From Candidatus Omnitrophota bacterium (GTDB lineage: Bacteria > Omnitrophota > Gorgyraeia > Zapsychrales > Fredricksoniimonadaceae): a stretch of DNA of 64,000 nucleotides. Location: positions 5,844-69,843 of the forward strand of contig CAIUQE010000048.1 of assembly GCA_903901225.1 (NCBI GenBank), in the 5' to 3' direction. Below the pieces are notes generated by a model. That model saw only the letters and a program-made list of their open reading frames with translations, searched no databases and was not told the DNA's origin. Below are positions 57,914 through 64,000 of the stretch, one piece after another. Position numbers and translations under genes: made by a program. How positions within the stretch are numbered: position 1 is the stretch's first letter; each line of letters starts with the position of its first letter.

Positions 57914-58594
57914 TTACCTTTCCGACAGCGCTTCAACTGTTACGACAGGGCAATCATTCTTCACGATGATGTCCGCGTCGGTGCGTTCCAGGATAAATGC
58001 GGGAGTGTAGGGCGCAAAACATTCTGTCAGGTGAAACCGGCCCCCGAAGACTTCAAATACCCCCAGGTCGGTAATGACCGTATTAACTTCATGGATGGCT
58101 GTCAGTGGCAACGTGCAGCGACGCATCAGGCGTGCGGCACCCGATGGCTGAAAGTGCAGGGTGGCCGCGATCACTACGCGTGCTCCCGTGGTTAGGTCCA
58201 TGGCCCCGCCCATACCGGGTATCATCTTGCCCGGTACCTTGTAGTTGGCGAGATCACCCTCCTGATCGACTTGCAAAACACCCAGTACCGTGTAATCCAC
58301 ATGACCACCCCGGATAATGCCGAAACTTACCGCGGAATCAAAGAAGCAGCCGCCGGGCCTGACACTTGCTGGAGCTCCGCCGGCATCATTTACATCCTTG
58401 TCCACACATCCCTTGCCAGGAGATGGCCCCAGGCCCAGGATGCCATTTTCAGACTGAAGGATGATATTGACTTCGCTAGGTATGAACTTTTGCACCAGAG
58501 TGGGCAGGCCGATGCCCAGATTCACCACTTCGCCCGTTTTAAAGATCCGGGCGATCCGCCGGGCAATGATCTCTTTGTTGGGAACATATTCCAC
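57914..58594 (-). CDS. 3-oxoacid / acetate CoA-transferase beta subunit (CtfB/AtoA-like)
   Basis: VNLGIGLP, catalytic QSENG, IRGGH, GMGGAMDL, CTLPLT. Confidence 0.92.
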   Translation of the reverse strand: MEYVPNKEIIARRIARIFKTGEVVNLGIGLPTLVQKFIPSEVNIILQSENGILGLGPSPGKGCVDKDVNDAGGAPASVRPGGCFFDSAVSFGIIRGGHVDYTVLGVLQVDQEGDLANYKVPGKMIPGMGGAMDLTTGARVVIAATLHFQPSGAARLMRRCTLPLTAIHEVNTVITDLGVFEVFGGRFHLTECFAPYTPAFILERTDADIIVKNDCPVVTVEALSER

Positions 58595-58606
58595 GATCTC
58601 ACCTTA

Positions 58607-59290
58607 TCAAACAAGCTGTTGCGCTTTTACCAGAAAGTCTACAAAGATCGAGGGTGTATGCACATCATCAGGCCCGATCTGCCCGATCTCGACGATCTCC
58701 TCCACCTCGGCGATAACCAGCGCCGCGGCCGTTGCCATCAGCGGGTTAAAATTCCGGGCAGTCCCTTTGTAAACGAGATTTCCGGCCTTGTCCGCCTTGT
58801 GGGCCTTGATGATCGCCACATCAGCTTTGAGCGGCAATTCAAGTAGAAAAGGCTTGTGCGCCACCAGAATGATCTGTTTGCCTTTTACCACTTCAGTCCC
58901 TACTCCCGTGGGTGTAAGGAACCCGCCCAGCCCCGTGCCTGCCGCCCGTACCTGCTCCGCCAGTGTCCCCTGCGGCACAAGTTCGATCTCGGTTTCACCG
59001 GCATTCATTTGCCGCTGGGCTTCCTGGTTAGTCCCGATATGACTGGCAATGATCTTTTTGAAAAGCCTGGCTTGCACCAGATGTCCGACGCCGGCAACCT
59101 TCCCGTTCTTCAGGTCGTGCAGTCCGGCATCGTTAGATATAAGGGTCAGGTTCTTTGTGCCATTCACTTTTATGGCGGCAATGATCGTATGCGGTGACCC
59201 GCACCCCAGGAATCCGCCCACCATCAAAGACGCGCCTTCTTTGATCTTACCGGCGGCATCCGCCGGAGATATCAGTGGTTTTACGATCAC
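58607..59290 (-). CDS. 3-oxoacid / acetate CoA-transferase alpha subunit (CtfA/AtoD-like)
   Basis: MVGGFLGCG, ISND, ASHIG.N, PQGTLAE, TARNFNPLMA. Start at GTG 59290 with SD AAGGAG. Confidence 0.92.
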   Translation of the reverse strand: MIVKPLISPADAAGKIKEGASLMVGGFLGCGSPHTIIAAIKVNGTKNLTLISNDAGLHDLKNGKVAGVGHLVQARLFKKIIASHIGTNQEAQRQMNAGETEIELVPQGTLAEQVRAAGTGLGGFLTPTGVGTEVVKGKQIILVAHKPFLLELPLKADVAIIKAHKADKAGNLVYKGTARNFNPLMATAAALVIAEVEEIVEIGQIGPDDVHTPSIFVDFLVKAQQLV

Positions 59291-59306
59291 CTGGCGCTCC
59301 TTTATG

Positions 59307-59549
59307 TTACGATGTGGAACAGGCTGACTTATCGCATAGCGGCGGGGTCTTTGTCTGTTTGCATCCGCAGAAATCAACCGACTTGGTTTCCTTGGCATCG
59401 TACTTTAACGGCGTAAAGCCCGTCCCCGCGTGTGACCCGTCACACAGAGGCTGTTTCTTGCTGCGGCCACACGCGCACCAATAATACGATTTACCGGCTT
59501 CAACGGGCGTGACGTACGGAGTGTTCGAGGCTTTGACTGGCTTATCCAT
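59307..59549 (-). CDS. CDGSH iron-sulfur domain protein
   Basis: WCACGRSKKQPLCDGSH plus a second variant motif CGCKQTKTPPLCDKSAC. Start at ATG 59549. Confidence 0.88.
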   Translation of the reverse strand: MDKPVKASNTPYVTPVEAGKSYYWCACGRSKKQPLCDGSHAGTGFTPLKYDAKETKSVDFCGCKQTKTPPLCDKSACSTS

Positions 59550-59678
59550 GATATTTCCCCCAGATTCTTGTTGGTTAATTAACAATGGCATTCTAGAGGA
59601 TGAAGGCAGGCTGAAGCAATGGTACCGAGGTATAACAGGGTATTCTACGGAAGGGGAAATCGAACTAGATCCGACGGC

Positions 59679-60122
59679 TCACTGGGTCAGGATGCTCGCG
59701 ATCTCAGTGGTGCTCCTGGACCTGAAGAGGCTTTCCTTCCTGTCGACATTCTTGACCGCTTTCAGGATCATTCCCAAAAGACCAAGGTAAGCCTTCTGGT
59801 CGTTATCCGGCCCGCCGATCAGAAAGACGATCCTGACGGGATTTTGGTCGGGCGCGTCCCACTCAACGCCGTTACGCATCACCGCCGTTATCACAAAGAA
59901 CGCCGGGATACCGGGGATCTTGGCGTGCGGGATCGCGATCTCATCACCGATCGCCGTGGCGCAAAGGGCTTCGCGCGCGTCGATCGCCGACCTGAATACC
60001 GGGACATCGGTCACAAACCCAAGCTCAACGGCTTTGTCGACGAGAATTTCCAGGACATCGCCTTTGCGCCGTTCTTCCAGAAGCAAGACGGTCGTCCCTT
60101 TGATCAGGTCGCGTAATTTCAT
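59679..60122 (-). CDS. PTS IIA component (fructose/nitrogen-regulatory type)
   Basis: RE...TAIG..IAIPHA (phospho-His) and GVEWDAPD..PV.IVFLI. Start at ATG 60122. Confidence 0.88.
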   Translation of the reverse strand: MKLRDLIKGTTVLLLEERRKGDVLEILVDKAVELGFVTDVPVFRSAIDAREALCATAIGDEIAIPHAKIPGIPAFFVITAVMRNGVEWDAPDQNPVRIVFLIGGPDNDQKAYLGLLGMILKAVKNVDRKESLFRSRSTTEIASILTQ

Positions 60123-60129
60123 TGCGGGA

Positions 60130-61905
60130 CTATTCTTTGACTTTTGTTCGTTCGGGGATACTGCCATCATAGATCACCTTCTCCTGTCCGTCGATAGTTA
60201 CGATCTGGCCATCCTTGAGGTTCGCCATCGCCTTGAAGGCGCCGGCAAGCGCGACCAGTTTTGGGTTCATCGCATAAATATCACTCCAGCTCATGGAAGA
60301 GAATTCTTCCAAAATATAACCTCCTACCGCCTTGAGGACCGGCTCAAACGACATATCAATGTATTTCGTGAGCAGGATCTCCGTCCCATCGCCGATGATC
60401 CTCCGGCCGGCCTCCTCGAGGCCGCTCACCTTCACGATCCTGCCGGAGAATGTCGTGCCGTAACCGCGAAGCCCTTTTCCGATCACATTCGCGACCATGT
60501 GAACGCGGATATTGTTCACCATGATCGGCGAATCGATCGGGATCCCGGAAAGGATAACTAGCTTGTCGAACGGTTTGATCAGTCCTTGCCGCTGCCCGGC
60601 CGCGAGAGCCCCCTCAAGCACGGAGTCCGGATCACGCGCGATGTCCGCGATGATCGGGGTCACCCCCCAGTACAGCAACAGCTTCCGGCGGACTTCCTCA
60701 TACGGCGTTACGGCCAGGATGTCCTGCTCCGGGCGGTATTTGCTGATAAGTTTCGGCGTGTTCCCCCGCAATGTGGGCGTCACGATCGCGTCCGCTTTGA
60801 TATCGCGCGCCACCAGGAATGCCGACCTGGCGACCGTGTCGGCAATATTGATCTTCTTGAGGTCGGTAAAAAGCTTGCGGTCCTGGACATATTCGCGGGA
60901 ACCTTCGATCTCAAGCGCGATCCTGTGCATCATTTCAACCGCCTGAACCGGATAGGCGCCGGTTGCCGTTTCACCGGAAAGCATGATCGCGTCCGTCCCG
61001 TCAAAGATCGCGTTGGCCACATCCGTCACCTCCGCCCGCGTCGGCATGGGATTGCGGATCATGGATTCCAGCATCTGTGTCGCCGTGATGACCGGCTTGT
61101 TGTGCTGATTGCATCTTTCGATGATGCGTTTTTGCGCCAGCGGGATCTCCTCGGGGCGAAGCTGGACGCCCAGATCCCCGCGCGCGACCATCACCCCGTT
61201 CGAGACCCGGATGATCTCGTCGATATTCTGAAGGCCTTCCTCATCCTCAACCTTCGCGATGATATCGACATTGCTGTCGGCAATATCGATCGCGGCACGG
61301 ATCTCCTTGATGTCCTGCGGCCTTCTGATGAATGAGGCCGCGATAAAATCGACACCCTGCGCGATGCCGAACATGATATCGTCCAGGTCGATCCCGGTCA
61401 CGGCCGGCAACGATGTCTTCACGCCGACAACGTTCACGTTCTTGTAACTCCCGATCCGGGCGCCGCTCCTGATGACGCAGTGTATCCTGTTCCCTTCGAT
61501 CTTCTCCACTTCCAGGCTGACCTGGCCGTCCGCGATATAGATCTGCTTGCCCGGGGAAACATCACCGGGAAGTTTCTTATGGGAAATGCTGAAGATCTCG
61601 TCCGTCCCTTCAACTGTATCTGTCGTGAGGATGACCTTCTTGCCTTTGACAAGCTCGATCATGCCGCCATTCTTGTTCGATCCGGTGCGGATCTCCGGGC
61701 CTTTGGTATCAAGCAGCAAGGCGACTGGGATGTCGATCTTGCGGCTCGCGTCCTTGACCATGTCCATCCGTTCTTTATGCTCGGCATGGTTCCCGTGAGA
61801 GAAATTGAACCTGGCGATATTCATGCCGGCCTGCAGGAGCTTCTTGACAATCTCAATGTCCTGGCAGGCGGGGCCGATCGTGCAAATGATCTTTGTTTTA
61901 CGCAT
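60130..61905 (-). CDS. pyk: Pyruvate kinase with extra C-terminal PEP-utiliser (swivel)-like domain
   Basis: [44 protein letters not shown], then the C domain and about 110 extra aa ending DGQIVTIDG...IY.G. Confidence 0.95.
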   Translation of the reverse strand: MRKTKIICTIGPACQDIEIVKKLLQAGMNIARFNFSHGNHAEHKERMDMVKDASRKIDIPVALLLDTKGPEIRTGSNKNGGMIELVKGKKVILTTDTVEGTDEIFSISHKKLPGDVSPGKQIYIADGQVSLEVEKIEGNRIHCVIRSGARIGSYKNVNVVGVKTSLPAVTGIDLDDIMFGIAQGVDFIAASFIRRPQDIKEIRAAIDIADSNVDIIAKVEDEEGLQNIDEIIRVSNGVMVARGDLGVQLRPEEIPLAQKRIIERCNQHNKPVITATQMLESMIRNPMPTRAEVTDVANAIFDGTDAIMLSGETATGAYPVQAVEMMHRIALEIEGSREYVQDRKLFTDLKKINIADTVARSAFLVARDIKADAIVTPTLRGNTPKLISKYRPEQDILAVTPYEEVRRKLLLYWGVTPIIADIARDPDSVLEGALAAGQRQGLIKPFDKLVILSGIPIDSPIMVNNIRVHMVANVIGKGLRGYGTTFSGRIVKVSGLEEAGRRIIGDGTEILLTKYIDMSFEPVLKAVGGYILEEFSSMSWSDIYAMNPKLVALAGAFKAMANLKDGQIVTIDGQEKVIYDGSIPERTKVKE

Positions 61906-62178
61906 ATACACTCATTTTATGCATTACGCCCAACGGGAATACCGGCGGGCCAATTGAGCTTTCAACTCTGAATTTAACTGGAGTTAGCGCGCCATTTCAC
62001 TGCTTTTGATGCGGATCAACTCCTGGCGCTTCGTACAAACCAGATGGGCTTCAATGCCTTGAACATCCATAAGTTTAGTCATTAATAAAGGACAATTCAA
62101 CTGATATTATCGTCAAATAAAATACCGCCTGGGCAACAGCAACGCCACCACCCCATCAAGGAAAGTTTAAAAATGGCG

Positions 62179-63024
62179 TTATAGCCCGTCAATGGTCAAA
62201 TTGACGCTTATCCGGCAGGAGGCCCCGCCGCGGAACGTGCCGGTCACCGGCATTGTAAGAAGAGGGTCGACGGAAGAACTCAAGGCGATATAACGGTGGT
62301 CGCAGGCGCCCCCCTGTGCCGGATCGAACCCTTTCCATCCGGCGCCTGGCAGAAAGACCTCAACCCAGGCATGAAGGTCGGCGGGCCCTGAAGCATCATC
62401 ATTGAGGTAATAGCCGCTCACATAGCGGGCGGCGATCCCCATCCGACGGCAGGCCGCCATCATCAGAACAGAGAAATCACGGCAACAGCCCTGTTTTTCC
62501 TGCAGCGTTACAGAGGGGGACTGCGCGGCTCCCTGGTCTCTTTTTTCGTAACGAAAACCCTCATAAACAGTCCGGCACAGCCCCATCACGAAAGCAACGG
62601 TATCCCCTTGGCAGGCAGCCGCGGCATCGGACGCGAAAAGGCTGATCGCGGGGATATCCTCCGAGGCCACATAGGGCGCCAGCACAGCAATATGAGAAGC
62701 CGGATAGACCATCGGCAGTCGCGCGCATGAGACGGGATGGACAATGAAATCGAACGGATTGACCGTCTCTGGCTGGACAACGGCTTCGCTGCGCACATCC
62801 AGATGATCGGACATCCCCTTGAACCAGGCAAATGTGGCACGGTTCCCGTCGACATCAAGAACGCGGCTTGTGCGTGACGGTTCCGGGGAGATCAGTAGTG
62901 ACTGCGACAGAACAGAACAAGCACCAGGCCGCGGCTCGAGCCTGAAAACATGCGGCTCAAGCACAACCCGGTCCGTGTACCGGTAGCGCGTCTCATGGAT
63001 GATCCGGAACGACGGCGTGCTCAC
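62179..63024 (-). CDS. Transglutaminase-like protein with N-terminal bacterial TGase domain
   Basis: H.TRYRY, GCCRDFS (catalytic Cys), ARYVSGY, HAWVEV, GWKGFDP. The GTG start overlaps the Anbu stop. Confidence 0.9.
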   Translation of the reverse strand: MSTPSFRIIHETRYRYTDRVVLEPHVFRLEPRPGACSVLSQSLLISPEPSRTSRVLDVDGNRATFAWFKGMSDHLDVRSEAVVQPETVNPFDFIVHPVSCARLPMVYPASHIAVLAPYVASEDIPAISLFASDAAAACQGDTVAFVMGLCRTVYEGFRYEKRDQGAAQSPSVTLQEKQGCCRDFSVLMMAACRRMGIAARYVSGYYLNDDASGPADLHAWVEVFLPGAGWKGFDPAQGGACDHRYIALSSSVDPLLTMPVTGTFRGGASCRISVNLTIDGL

Positions 63025-63764
63025 TGCTGTTGCCCCTGCTCGTAATTTTTGAGCAGTTCGTCCGCCCATTCTTCCGGGAATTCCTCGATCCCCTGCGAGA
63101 TCTTGGCTTGCCACCAGTTCGAATAACGCATCATCTGCTCGTGGGTCAGTTGCTGTGTCGCCATGAAAAAACTGCCCTTCCGGTAAAGGATCAGGTCCAC
63201 CGGATAGCCAACGTCATTTGAGCTGACCTGGGTGGCGTTGAACGAAAGAAAACCCACCTTCATGGCAAAATTAAGGCTCGACTCGTAACGTAAAGCGCGG
63301 TCAAGGATCGGCTTGCCGTGGCTGGTGTTCCCGATGATGAAATACGGGTTGGCGTCTCCCACTTCCACCCAGTTGCCTTCCGGGAACACCATGAAGAGCT
63401 TATGCTCCGGATCGTCCGCGAGCTGACCCGCGATGAGCGCGTGGATATTGAATTCGTAGTGCGCTTCCTCAAGGGCCTTGCGGTCCTCCTGGCTCACCCG
63501 GCGGATCTGCGCCCCGAAGGCATTGACCAGCTGGTAAAGCTTGCGATATTCAAAACCGGATTCATCAACGATCTCGTTGAAATAGATCATGGCCTTGTCG
63601 CGCAGGGCCCGCAGGCCCGAGGTCATGAAGAAAACGGCGTATTTCCCCTTTTTCTGCTGGATGACGACCTTCTTGGCCGTCAACGTCTGGTTCCCCGACG
63701 TGATCCGTGTATCCGAGAGGCCGACCAAACCATCCTTCACCTTGATCCCGAGACAATAGGACAT
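63021..63764 (-). CDS. Proteasome-type protease (Anbu)
   Basis: MSYCLG...GLVGLSDTR.TSG, SGLR, PEGN, IG...GKPILDR, VG.PVDL. Start at ATG 63764. Confidence 0.88.
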   Translation of the reverse strand: MSYCLGIKVKDGLVGLSDTRITSGNQTLTAKKVVIQQKKGKYAVFFMTSGLRALRDKAMIYFNEIVDESGFEYRKLYQLVNAFGAQIRRVSQEDRKALEEAHYEFNIHALIAGQLADDPEHKLFMVFPEGNWVEVGDANPYFIIGNTSHGKPILDRALRYESSLNFAMKVGFLSFNATQVSSNDVGYPVDLILYRKGSFFMATQQLTHEQMMRYSNWWQAKISQGIEEFPEEWADELLKNYEQGQQQ

Positions 63765-63780
63765 AATGTTCCGCTTTCTT

Positions 63781-64000
63781 TTATTGGCGCTGATTAAAAA
63801 ACGAATGGAATATCCCCTCACCGAGGCAATTCAACCTCACCTGGAAATCGTCCAGGTATTCATGAAGGCCATACTTGACCACGTCGTGGATATCATTGAA
63901 ACTCAGCCGCGCGATGGTCTTCCCCATCTCTTTTTCCGCCGCGTTACCAAAAGCGCCCACCGGTGACCCGGAGATCGCGTGCAGCGAGCGGTCCGCCTCG
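63781..64000 (-). CDS. Alpha-E domain protein (DUF403), C-terminal part, truncated by the window edge
   Basis: Manual translation gives EADRSLHAISGSPVG...AEKEMG...GLHEYLDDFQVRLN...FF. Its position upstream of Anbu and the transglutaminase is typical. Not in the ORF track. Confidence 0.8.
   Translation of the reverse strand, partial: EADRSLHAISGSPVGAFGNAAEKEMGKTIARLSFNDIHDVVKYGLHEYLDDFQVRLNCLGEGIFHSFFNQRQ

Noticed and set aside
61984-62082. 32-aa minus-strand ORF MTKLMDVQGIEAHLVCTKRQELIRIKSSEMAR upstream of pyk
   Set aside because: It has no SD and no recognisable motif, so it cannot be distinguished from chance.

Overview
This is a 64-kb bacterial chromosomal window with moderately high GC, apparently spanning the replication terminus. 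A 28-bp XerC/XerD dif-like site lies at 27459-27486, where gene orientation flips from mostly + to entirely -. Gene content points to an anaerobic, diderm, fermentative bacterium. The large secreted protein at 20213-24022 resembles a family I recall from Candidatus Omnitrophota; this is inference and was not searched. The left half holds a PAS/Cache two-component cluster, a DAACS transporter, an L,D-transpeptidase, an XRE-S24 repressor with a divergent small gene, a 2-oxoacid:ferredoxin oxidoreductase, a PilZ-PilT fusion, GlgM/GlgE alpha-glucan genes, TatD, a REP-like doublet, the mosaic secreted protein with an AT-rich cassette-like core, an unannotated 29-aa ORF, queH, a HAD hydrolase, NAD kinase and mutY. 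The right half holds ssb, a five-gene porin-multiheme cytochrome locus (27-heme and 49-heme cytochromes, beta-barrel, Sel1/ankyrin protein, cytochrome b-like membrane protein), several exported proteins, two atypical pyruvate kinases, a TetR-RND efflux operon, htpG, uvsE, an acetone-forming operon (CoA-transferase, thiolase, adc), a PTS IIA protein and an Anbu/transglutaminase/alpha-E operon. I saw no rRNA, tRNA, CRISPR array, integrase or transposase. All family calls come from motif recognition by eye; no database search was run.
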